This document shows positions 38,218 to 46,625 of a stretch of 64,000 nt of DNA, piece after piece (the stretch's first letter is position 1; each line of letters begins with the position of its first letter). Both the position numbers and the translations under genes were made by a program. The stretch is from a virus (Duplodnaviria; Heunggongvirae; Uroviricota; Caudoviricetes), in the IMG/VR virus record IMGVR_UViG_3300031998_000001, positions 45,064 to 109,063 of that record. One strand, written 5' to 3'. The notes under the pieces are model-generated. The model was given only the letters and a program-made list of their open reading frames with translations, ran no database searches and was not told the DNA's origin.

Positions 38218-39162
38218 ATGGCGCATATATTGAAATTTGAAGATTTCTGCAAGTCCCGCTTCAACGAAAGCAGGGAGTATGACCGTCCGACGAGAAGGTC
38301 GTACCGCAGGCTGTACGAGAGTGAGAACGCCGACGCTGTGTTTGCAAAGCACAAGGGTGATGAACTCACCAAGACCGATGCGGAGGACGCATACAAGATT
38401 GCGGTCGAGATGCTCGGAAAGGAAAACGCGAAGAGCATATACGGAACGGAGGATGAATTTGCCGAAAGGTATGACGCTGCGCAGGAAAGCGCGGAAAAGA
38501 ACGGCAAGTACAAGAGGGGTGCTATGCCAGTCATAAACAACTCCAACTTCAAGGGCTTCAGCGGTGGCAAGGACGACAAGGACAGCGCACCGAGAAAGGA
38601 AGAACTTGAAAAGGTGCTTGACGAGAAGGATGTTGACAAGAAGATTAAGGACGCTGTGTTGAGCAATCAGGTGGTTGCCTTCAAGTTCCTTGTGGGAAAC
38701 GGCTTCATTGACATCAGTGGCGAGGACAAGGACATTGCGAAGAAAACCCAGCAGGACTTGTTCAAGGACGATGCTCTTGCGCAGGAATGGCTTTCGAGCG
38801 GTGGGGGACTGAAGGACACGAAGGATGTCGTCAAGGGCGACTACGAGTACATTTCGGTAGAAGACCTCAAGCCTATACAGGAGCAGATATTCGTGGCGAA
38901 GGCTTTGAAGATGTCGGCGGGCGCGGAAGGCGACAAGGGGAAGTTGAACTGGTTGCTCAAGGCTGACGAGAAGAGTCCGCTCGTAATCGTAAGTTCGGAC
39001 AACTACATACTCGACGGACACCACAGGTGGCTGGGCGCATATCTGGTTGACCCAGACGCGAAGATGAGGTGCGTGAAGATTGATATGGACTGCAAGGACT
39101 TGCTCGCCCTTACCAACAAGTTCACGGGCGCAATCGGAAACAAGCCGAATGTAACCGCATAA
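38218..39162 (+). CDS. CTS-like tagged protein with C-terminal ParB/Srx-like domain
   Basis: MAHILKFEDF…RFNE; LKPIQEQI…PLVIVSSDNYILDGHHRW; TATAAATA at 38184..38191. Confidence 0.8.
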   Translation: MAHILKFEDFCKSRFNESREYDRPTRRSYRRLYESENADAVFAKHKGDELTKTDAEDAYKIAVEMLGKENAKSIYGTEDEFAERYDAAQESAEKNGKYKRGAMPVINNSNFKGFSGGKDDKDSAPRKEELEKVLDEKDVDKKIKDAVLSNQVVAFKFLVGNGFIDISGEDKDIAKKTQQDLFKDDALAQEWLSSGGGLKDTKDVVKGDYEYISVEDLKPIQEQIFVAKALKMSAGAEGDKGKLNWLLKADEKSPLVIVSSDNYILDGHHRWLGAYLVDPDAKMRCVKIDMDCKDLLALTNKFTGAIGNKPNVTA

Positions 39163-39193
39163 TAATATAAATGGTTATGGTGCATATCAGCCG

Positions 39194-39523
39194 ATGATAA
39201 CGATGAAGATTAAATACGAAGCGAGCGATGAGGCGAGGGCGTTCATCCTGAAGTGCAGGCGGCAGTATTCGTCCGCGCTCCGCTTCGCGTACAACCGTGT
39301 CATCGGCGGCTGGAGCGGTAATGAAAGAAAAAAGATAAAGCACAGTATAGTGTTTCCAGACGGCGAAGCCTACAGAGCGTCCATCTCCAAGTCGCTGGAA
39401 GAATTTGGACTGGACGACGGCACGACCCTTCTGGAAGCGTATGAGGCGTTAAAAAAGTCTGGAGACAGATACAGGCTTTCCCATCAGTCTTTGGCGGATG
39501 GTTTAAGGTGCTTTCCCATATAA
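39194..39523 (+). pseudogene. Probable 5' remnant of an IS200/IS605 tnpB-like gene fused to unrelated sequence
   Basis: MITMKIKY…RRQYSSALRFAYNR resembles a TnpB N-terminal helix; no RuvC or zinc finger. Confidence 0.5.
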
Positions 39524-39532
39524 TATAACGAA

Positions 39533-39892
39533 ATGTTTATGAATGATAAAAAGCAACATCTGAAGACATACATTGACATAAAGAATGACGAGTTGAAGGA
39601 AGCCGAACTTCTTGAACGGTTCATAGAACTCTATTCGTCGGAGGTCAATTCCAACGAACTCCGCTCGGCTTTGCAGTCGGTTGACTTGCAGAAGATGATA
39701 AGTGAGTCGCAGGAGACGGACGAGGGCTTGCTCGGCGGTGTCGCTGGGTTTGTCGGAGGTCTTGCCTTCGGCACCAAACTCGGTGACGCTATCTGCCGTG
39801 CGCTCGGAATAACGAAGGGGCTTCTCTACGACCTGTTCCACTCGAAACTGTTTACGACTGCGGTCTGCACGATACTTGGGGTGAAGATGTAG
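39533..39892 (+). CDS. Hypothetical protein with Gly-rich hydrophobic segment
   Basis: GLLGGVAGFVGGLAFG; N-terminus MNDKKQ shared with topoisomerase gp52-like gene. Confidence 0.65.
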   Translation: MFMNDKKQHLKTYIDIKNDELKEAELLERFIELYSSEVNSNELRSALQSVDLQKMISESQETDEGLLGGVAGFVGGLAFGTKLGDAICRALGITKGLLYDLFHSKLFTTAVCTILGVKM

Positions 39893-39907
39893 AATAAAAT
39901 TTGGATT

Positions 39908-40477
39908 ATGGTACACATTAAGAGGATAGATGAGATGTACGGCTACGGATTGCTGTTTGACAATATGCCTTCCGCCGATACGGACGAATGCAGACCTGTT
40001 GGTTGCGACTCCGCGAAAATAAAGGCGATACTCCAGCAGGACGCGGCGAAAAGGATAATCAGGAAATATGACGCGAATATCGGTTATGGTAGCGGAAATA
40101 TTACGCTTGCGATTTTCTTTGAGGGAAATCGGAATGAAGACGCATCGCTCTACTGGAAAAACAAGGAGTCGGCGGAGAAAAAAATCCAGAACCTGATTCA
40201 CGAACTTGATGTCGAGACCGAACTCTATTTCGAGGTTGCTTACAGCGGTAATGTCGGCTGGGATGCCGACAAGAATGTGTACGATGCGGGCGGTATCTGG
40301 GACTATGATAGAATGATTGACGAGTCGAAGTACCCGTTCGAGATGTTCTATGGTCTGAAGGGTGCGATAACGGCTTTTGCGAACGCGCACGGCAAGGACA
40401 ACACGATGTGCGTGTGCTTCAGTTGGAACAGGTATAAATACCAGTTAAAGGGCTACGCCAGTTCAACGAAATCTTGA
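39908..40477 (+). CDS. CTS-like tagged protein
   Basis: MVHIKRIDEM. Confidence 0.75.
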   Translation: MVHIKRIDEMYGYGLLFDNMPSADTDECRPVGCDSAKIKAILQQDAAKRIIRKYDANIGYGSGNITLAIFFEGNRNEDASLYWKNKESAEKKIQNLIHELDVETELYFEVAYSGNVGWDADKNVYDAGGIWDYDRMIDESKYPFEMFYGLKGAITAFANAHGKDNTMCVCFSWNRYKYQLKGYASSTKS

Positions 40478-40521
40478 TAAAAACTATGAATAGTTATTAA
40501 ATCTGACGGCATATAAATAAT

Positions 40522-41772
40522 ATGATGTTAAGGGCGTTGAAGATACGGCTATATCCCAGCGGGGAACAGCAGACCAAGATGAACAAGGTCTTGGGTTGCT
40601 ACCGCTTCGTATATAACCAGTGCCTTGAACGGAAGATGAACGCATACAAGGAAGATGGAAGTTCGTTAGGTCTGACTGACCTGTCCAAGTGGTTTCACGG
40701 AACATTGCTTAAAGATGATAAGTATGCTTGGCTTCGCGAGCAGAACACGAAGGTTATGAAGCAGTCCATAAGGCAGATGCTCGGTGCATACAATAACTTC
40801 TTTAAACTCCATAGGGGCTTCCCGAAGTTTAAGAGCAAGCACGACACCGTTCTGACGGCTCTATTTCCCATCGAGGCAATATCATCCCGTAACACATTCG
40901 ACGATAGAAAGATAACATTAACCAAAGATTTATATAACATTCGTTTCAGGTGCTCCAAGTTATACCACAACAAGTTAAAATTGTTCAAGGACAATATAAG
41001 GAGTGCAAACCTGTCGAGAACCAAGACGGGCAATTATTTCCTTTCAGTCCTTATGGACATTCCAGACGAAGAACTGGTTAAATACAGGAAGACTGGAAAC
41101 AGCGTGGGCATAGACTTGGGTGTTAAGGATTTTGTTATAACCAGTGACGGTGAGGTGTTCGAGAACAAACACTTCCTTAAACGCACGGAGCACAGGATTA
41201 AAGTGTTGCATAAGCAGTTGAGCAGGAAGGTGAAAGGCTCGAACAACCGTATGAAGCAAAGGGTTAGGCTTGCGACTGCCTATGAACGGCTGACCAACCA
41301 GAATGAGGCGTACATACACTATGTTGTAAACTCGTTGCTGAAGGATTACGATACGGTGTTTATGGAAGACCTTAATGTCAAGGGTATGCTGAAGAACCAT
41401 AGACTTGCGAAGGCTATCGCCGAGGTCGGCTTGTACAGGTTCAGGCAGGTCTTGACCGACAAGGCTATGCTAAACGGCAAGAGCGTAGTCTTTGTCGATA
41501 GGTTCTATCCGAGTTCAAAGACCTGTTCCGTATGTGGTTACATAAAGCGTGACTTGACGCTCAATGACCGCGAGTGGACTTGTCCCGTATGCGGAACGCA
41601 CCACGACCGAGACTTGAACGCCTCGATAAACATCTTGAACGAAGGAAAACGAATTGTAGGTGTCCGTAGCACCGAACTTACGCCTGTGGACTGCCCAACT
41701 ATGGATGACCGTTGTGCAAGCAACCTAAAAAGTAGCGGCAGGGCGAAGCAGGAAGGAGGGACAGATGAATAG
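40522..41772 (+). CDS. tnpB: TnpB RNA-guided endonuclease (IS200/IS605 family), no tnpA nearby
   Basis: HTH N-terminus ALKIRLYP, RuvC motifs GIDLG, EDLNV, HDRDLNASINI; zinc finger CSVCG…CPVCG. Confidence 0.93.
   Translation: MMLRALKIRLYPSGEQQTKMNKVLGCYRFVYNQCLERKMNAYKEDGSSLGLTDLSKWFHGTLLKDDKYAWLREQNTKVMKQSIRQMLGAYNNFFKLHRGFPKFKSKHDTVLTALFPIEAISSRNTFDDRKITLTKDLYNIRFRCSKLYHNKLKLFKDNIRSANLSRTKTGNYFLSVLMDIPDEELVKYRKTGNSVGIDLGVKDFVITSDGEVFENKHFLKRTEHRIKVLHKQLSRKVKGSNNRMKQRVRLATAYERLTNQNEAYIHYVVNSLLKDYDTVFMEDLNVKGMLKNHRLAKAIAEVGLYRFRQVLTDKAMLNGKSVVFVDRFYPSSKTCSVCGYIKRDLTLNDREWTCPVCGTHHDRDLNASINILNEGKRIVGVRSTELTPVDCPTMDDRCASNLKSSGRAKQEGGTDE
41665..41760 (+). ncRNA. Probable omegaRNA scaffold overlapping the 3' end of tnpB
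   Basis: Position follows known TnpB biology; tail after the last RuvC motif ends …GCGAAGCAGGAAGG; limits are estimates. Confidence 0.4.
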
Positions 41773-42100
41773 CATAGTTTTTCATAGGTTTTTTCCATAC
41801 GGTGATATGCTCGAATACGCCAAGTCCTACATCGGCAGGAAATATCCGAAACTGGATATATGCCTTACCACTGGGAAGCGGGCTTTGGACAGCGGGCAAC
41901 CCTACGAGGCTTTTGTCGTGGAGTACAGGAACGCCAAGACAGCGTTTGACCAGAAGGGGAGTTTTGTGATAACGCAGAACAAGTTCGGCGACGGTACTGC
42001 GGTGGTGCGTGCCCCGCTTGCTGGTCAAAGCGAACGGAAGTTCGATTTCAACGACTGGCGGAAGGAGTTGGAGGAAATCATAGACTGGCTTTGCAATTAG
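41765..42100 (+). CDS. Hypothetical protein
   Basis: 111-aa ORF overlapping tnpB stop; true start may be MLEYAK. Confidence 0.6.
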   Translation: MNSIVFHRFFPYGDMLEYAKSYIGRKYPKLDICLTTGKRALDSGQPYEAFVVEYRNAKTAFDQKGSFVITQNKFGDGTAVVRAPLAGQSERKFDFNDWRKELEEIIDWLCN

Positions 42101-42124
42101 ACAGTATAATATATTTTTTGCACT

Positions 42125-42751
42125 ATGACGGCGAAATATTCAATGGATGAGTATGATGCTCTCGTGATATACGACAGACCTGTGTCGGACAAGGGCGGTG
42201 CGGAGTTCGAGTCGTCCATATTCTATGACGAGGGGGAGGCGTTTGCCGATGCCCGCAAGTATGTGGGCGCAGGCAAGTGTGACAGCGCAAGGGTGTACCG
42301 CTACAACGGCACTGCAAGGGAATATCTGTTCGCGAAGTCAACCGACCGCCTTCTCGACAAATGCACCCTCATAGGCGAGGTCAACAGGAGGGGGACTACC
42401 CTCTATGACAGGCGCGGGAAGGTCGTCACGGAATATGACGATATGTATGAGGGCGAAGGCGTGCTCACATACGGGGAGTTCCTGAACGAGAGTATGCAGT
42501 TGCCCGAAATAGAGTTCGAGTGTACTTGCGCCGACATATCCCAGAGCGAATGGGACAGGCTTATGAAGGGCAGGCGCAAGTATTCGTACAGGAAGATTGT
42601 CGAGGCGATACGGAGGACATATCCAGAGATGTACGAGCAACTCGGACTTATGTATAACAATCCGTGGTCTGATGATACATACCGTACAAGCACCCATATA
42701 ATAATGACGCACTCCGCTACGGAGTATTTCTTCCGTGTAATCAGGTGGTAG
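42125..42751 (+). CDS. Two-part hypothetical protein with internal CTS-like motif
   Basis: Internal GVLTYGEFLNE (GTG at 42461) resembles MGVLRYNEFITE. Confidence 0.65.
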   Translation: MTAKYSMDEYDALVIYDRPVSDKGGAEFESSIFYDEGEAFADARKYVGAGKCDSARVYRYNGTAREYLFAKSTDRLLDKCTLIGEVNRRGTTLYDRRGKVVTEYDDMYEGEGVLTYGEFLNESMQLPEIEFECTCADISQSEWDRLMKGRRKYSYRKIVEAIRRTYPEMYEQLGLMYNNPWSDDTYRTSTHIIMTHSATEYFFRVIRW

Positions 42752-42752
42752 G

Positions 42753-44735
42753 ATGGCAGGCTCGAAGACGATAGAGGAGAAATACAAGTCCCTTACCGAT
42801 GTGGAGCACATACTCCTGCGACCGGGCACTTATGTCGGGAGCACAGTCCTCTGCGACACCTGCAAGGAATATCTATATGACGAGAAGAGCGGGAAGTTCT
42901 CGCTCGAAGATGTCCGATATGTGCCAGCCTTCCTCAAACTCTTCGACGAGATTGTGAGCAACTCGATAGACGAGAGCAGGCGGAACAAAAAACTCGACAC
43001 GATAAAGGTGGAGATAGACAGGGAGAAGAACATCATAAGCGTATATGACAACGGGGGTATCCCAGTGGTGATACACAAGGAGGCGAACCAGTATGTCCCA
43101 GAGTTCATATTCTCCCGCCTCCGTGCTGGAAGCAACTTCGATGACACGGAGCAGAGGGGCTGGGTGGGGACGAACGGTCTCGGCTCTACGCTGACCAATG
43201 TGTTCTCCACGGAGTTCACGGTGGAAACCTGCGACGGCAAGAACCTGTTTACCCAGACATTCACGGACAATATGTCCCATAGGACGAAGCCCGCCATAAA
43301 GCCGTCAAGGAAGGGGCATACTACCATAACATACAAGCCCGACCTGAAGCGTTTCGGGCTTGACGGCATTGACGACACGCACTACAGGATGATGGAGAAA
43401 CGCCTCTATGACGCTTCCGCCACCAACCCTTCCGTAAGCATATACCTCAACGGCAGGAAGATAGAGTTCGGCTCGTTCGCCGACTACTGCTCTATGTATG
43501 CGGACGGGATAATATTCGAGAAGGGGAAGGGCTGGGAGGTCGGCTTCGCACCGAGCGAGACATTCCGACACATATCGCTCGTCAACTCGGCTATGACGAG
43601 GGACGGCGGGACTCACGTGAACTACATCGCCGACCAAGTTGTGAACTACCTGCGGGAGAGGATAAGGAAGAAGCACAGGGTTGACCTGAAGCCGAGCGAG
43701 ATAAAGAACCACCTGTTCATATTCATATCCTGCACGGTCAACAACCCGTCGTATTCTTCCCAGACGAAGGAGAAACTCATAACCGAGCCGAAGAACTTCG
43801 GCACTTCGCATACTGTTTCCGAAAAGACACTGAAGGACATATTCGCCTCCGAAATCACGCAGACCATACTCGACTGGGTGAACAGGAGGAACGAGGCTGA
43901 CGAGAAGGCTGCCGTCCGTGCCGCCAACAAGAGCCTCTCCAAAGAGAAGATAAGCAAACTGGTCGAGGCGAAGGGGCGCGACAGGCGCAGGTGTAGCCTT
44001 ATGCTCTGTGAGGGGGACAGCCCTATGGCTGGCTTCCGCAAGTACAGGAATCCAGAGACGCAGGGTGCTTTCCCGTTGCGGGGGAAGAGCCTCAATGTCC
44101 GCGAACTTTCGGAGAAGAAGGCGATAGAGAATCAGGAGATAAAGTCGATAATGGGTGCGCTCGGACTGAAGTTCGGGGTGTCCCCGTTCACATACGGCAA
44201 CGACGGGAAACTCGTCAGGGACAACCTGCGGTACGGGGAGGTGTGGATTTACAGCGATGCCGATGTTGACGGCATATCCTGCGCGAGCCTGCTCGTAAAC
44301 TTCTTCGAGCGTTTCTTCCCCGAACTCATAAGGGAGCACCGTATCGCCCGCTGTGAAACGCCAGTGATAATAGCCACGAACAAGAGTTCAAAGAAAACGG
44401 TTTCGTTCTACTACGAGGACGAGTGGGACGAGTGGCAGAAGAAGAATGATGTGTCGAAGTGGAACATATCCTACAAGAAAGGTCTGGCGGCACTCACCGA
44501 CGAGGAGTATGCGGAGATAATCCGCAAGCCCCGACTTTACTACTATGAACTCACGGACGCTTCCCGCCAGAAACTTGAAGTCTGGTTCGGCGGGGACAGC
44601 GATGCACGCAAGAAGGCTATTGCGGAAGCCGACATAGAAAGGGAGTACATCGAGCCGAAGAAGGAAACGAGGAGGCGGGAGCAGAAGCCTCCCGAAAGGA
44701 AGAAACTGAAATTGTTTGATTGCACTATATATTAG
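42753..44735 (+). CDS. DNA topoisomerase II large subunit (GyrB/ParE-like; T4 gp39+gp60 equivalent)
   Basis: EHILLRPGTYVGS, DEIVSNSID, GTNGLG, TOPRIM EGDS and DADVDG, YKKGL. Confidence 0.95.
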   Translation: MAGSKTIEEKYKSLTDVEHILLRPGTYVGSTVLCDTCKEYLYDEKSGKFSLEDVRYVPAFLKLFDEIVSNSIDESRRNKKLDTIKVEIDREKNIISVYDNGGIPVVIHKEANQYVPEFIFSRLRAGSNFDDTEQRGWVGTNGLGSTLTNVFSTEFTVETCDGKNLFTQTFTDNMSHRTKPAIKPSRKGHTTITYKPDLKRFGLDGIDDTHYRMMEKRLYDASATNPSVSIYLNGRKIEFGSFADYCSMYADGIIFEKGKGWEVGFAPSETFRHISLVNSAMTRDGGTHVNYIADQVVNYLRERIRKKHRVDLKPSEIKNHLFIFISCTVNNPSYSSQTKEKLITEPKNFGTSHTVSEKTLKDIFASEITQTILDWVNRRNEADEKAAVRAANKSLSKEKISKLVEAKGRDRRRCSLMLCEGDSPMAGFRKYRNPETQGAFPLRGKSLNVRELSEKKAIENQEIKSIMGALGLKFGVSPFTYGNDGKLVRDNLRYGEVWIYSDADVDGISCASLLVNFFERFFPELIREHRIARCETPVIIATNKSSKKTVSFYYEDEWDEWQKKNDVSKWNISYKKGLAALTDEEYAEIIRKPRLYYYELTDASRQKLEVWFGGDSDARKKAIAEADIEREYIEPKKETRRREQKPPERKKLKLFDCTIY

Positions 44736-44761
44736 TAATGTATTAGATATATCTATTGGTT

Positions 44762-45178
44762 ATGGCAACACATATTAAGAGATTGAATGAGATGCAGAAT
44801 CTGACAGAGGACGAACTTGACGCTCTCCGCAGGCTTGCTGGCATAATTTCGGACGCATTCGGCGGACGATGCACGAGTTCGGTGAACCGTGCGGAACATA
44901 CGGTGACATACGACTTCGGTTCGGTCGCTGGGAACTTCGACGACCTTCGCGACAGGTTTATGGAGAGCGTTTCTATGTGCCTGTCCGAAATGGAGAGCAT
45001 AGGGCTGTCGGTTGACACGGAGGACTTGTGGGAGTGCGTCGCAGTCTATGCGAATGACGGAGATGGAGGCTTCATCTGCTCGGTCGAGATAGTTCCCGAA
45101 AGGGACGGAAGCAACCGCTTTGCAAGGCGCGTGGTCGTTTCTATGGAGTATAACGAAAGTCTTGGCTTCGATGAATAG
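44762..45178 (+). CDS. CTS-like tagged protein
   Basis: MATHIKRLNEM. Confidence 0.7.
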   Translation: MATHIKRLNEMQNLTEDELDALRRLAGIISDAFGGRCTSSVNRAEHTVTYDFGSVAGNFDDLRDRFMESVSMCLSEMESIGLSVDTEDLWECVAVYANDGDGGFICSVEIVPERDGSNRFARRVVVSMEYNESLGFDE

Positions 45179-45623
45179 CCGTGCGAAAGAAAGGGAGATA
45201 GAGTATCGCGGACGGCATCTCTGCGGTCAGTGGTACTATGGCAACCTCATCGAGCGCATAGCCGACTCACCTGTTCCTGAAACACCCTGCGCATACAGGA
45301 GCGTTATGATAGGGGACAAGGAGGACGGAAGCGCGGAAGGAGTCGAGGAAGAAACAGTAGGTCAGTTCACTGGGCTTTTCGATATTGGCGGCAACCGCAT
45401 ATACGAGGACGACATCCTGCTTACCGAAGGTGGCTGGGGTGGCGTTGTCGCTTGGAACACCAGCGGGTACTTCTACATAGTCGAGAAGTGGAGATATGTT
45501 TCGGACGAACGGGAAGAGCCTTCGTGTACTCCGCTCGGAGAGATGCTTTCTGTGACGAAACTCCGCGTGGTCGGGAATGTCTTTGACAATCCAGAGATTG
45601 TTCGGGATTGGAAATATAAATAA
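45171..45623 (+). CDS. YopX-family protein
   Basis: REIEYRG…WYYGNL…TVGQFTGLFDIGGNRIYEDDI…VVGNVFDNPE. Confidence 0.88.
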   Translation: MNSRAKEREIEYRGRHLCGQWYYGNLIERIADSPVPETPCAYRSVMIGDKEDGSAEGVEEETVGQFTGLFDIGGNRIYEDDILLTEGGWGGVVAWNTSGYFYIVEKWRYVSDEREEPSCTPLGEMLSVTKLRVVGNVFDNPEIVRDWKYK

Positions 45624-45634
45624 GTTATATATAA
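45615..45634 (+). promoter_or_regulatory. T4-type late promoter, extended form, encoded by the last codons of the YopX gene
   Basis: TAT AAA TAA (Y-K-stop) followed by GTTATATATAA. Confidence 0.7.
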
Positions 45635-45649
45635 TATGATTTGAACATT

Positions 45650-46600
45650 ATGGCATATATTAAGAAACTCGATAATTTTGTGAACGAAGGGAGAATGACC
45701 GAAAGCCGTGTCAACGAGGCGTTGCGCAGGGGCAACAACGATGACTACCGCTTCTATGTGGTTTCGCAGAATGAAGCGGACAAACTCGCTGGTGAATACG
45801 GAAGCGTTGAAGCCATACCGAACGATGTCTTCATAAGGGAGGCGGAGGCGGAAGGCACTGTTTACAGCATAGACGGCTTCGCTGACGCATACAACAATAT
45901 GGACTTGCCGACTGTCGGCTACAGCGTCCTGCGCATACTTCCGAAGATTGTTTACTCGAAGGTTTCTGAAAGCCGTAGTTCCCGTGGCGGAAAGATGCTG
46001 AACGAGGGGTATTCGGTGAATTTCCTTCGGAAACTCGTCCACAGGATTGTCAACTCAAAGACGAACAATGAGTATTTTAATTTCTACGGCAAGAAGATTG
46101 AACTCCAGTCTGGAACAGAAAATTATGTCGATGTGTGCATAGATGATAATATTCATTTTTCGATAGACTATGACACAAATGAGGTTAACTTCGAGTCGAT
46201 AGGAGAAGAGGATGAGAAGTTTGTCGAGGATATTTCCGATGCGCTCCACAAGGAACTTGATGGCAGATTCGGCAAGGTGCAGATTTCATTTAATGATAAT
46301 ATATCATACGAAGATGATACCCCATCGCAATGGTATTATTTAAGCAATGACGACAAGAGGGTTCTTCGTACAATGACATCGAATCCAGAAGACATAAAAG
46401 AGATTGCTGAACTTACCGACAATGAAAAGATAGAGTTCAGGGACAACAAGGGTATTCTAATAAGTGCAGATGATGCGTTTGAGCGTCTTGGTCAGGAACA
46501 GTTCCTTTCTGGGCTTCTCCGTGCGACATATCATTGGAGTTGTGCGCGTGGTGAAGGACAAAACGAGGTTACTTTCAGATTAAAAAGAAAAGGAGAATAA
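45650..46600 (+). CDS. CTS-like tagged multi-domain acidic protein
   Basis: MAYIKKLDNFVNE; internal linker ESRSSRGGKMLNE. Confidence 0.75.
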   Translation: MAYIKKLDNFVNEGRMTESRVNEALRRGNNDDYRFYVVSQNEADKLAGEYGSVEAIPNDVFIREAEAEGTVYSIDGFADAYNNMDLPTVGYSVLRILPKIVYSKVSESRSSRGGKMLNEGYSVNFLRKLVHRIVNSKTNNEYFNFYGKKIELQSGTENYVDVCIDDNIHFSIDYDTNEVNFESIGEEDEKFVEDISDALHKELDGRFGKVQISFNDNISYEDDTPSQWYYLSNDDKRVLRTMTSNPEDIKEIAELTDNEKIEFRDNKGILISADDAFERLGQEQFLSGLLRATYHWSCARGEGQNEVTFRLKRKGE

Positions 46601-46625
46601 ATAAGATAATATAAACTAAACGAAT

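Larger units (their letters stand above)
40479..41782 (+). mobile_element. Solo tnpB IS200/IS605-like element, boundaries approximate
   Basis: tnpB flanked by 10-bp inverted repeat AAAAACTATG (40479) / CATAGTTTTT (41773) and 8-bp direct repeat ATGAATAG (40486, 41765). Confidence 0.55.

Noticed and set aside
42753-44735. Intron, intein or T4 gene 60-type ribosomal bypass in topoisomerase
   Set aside because: Single continuous ORF with ATPase and TOPRIM motifs at normal spacing
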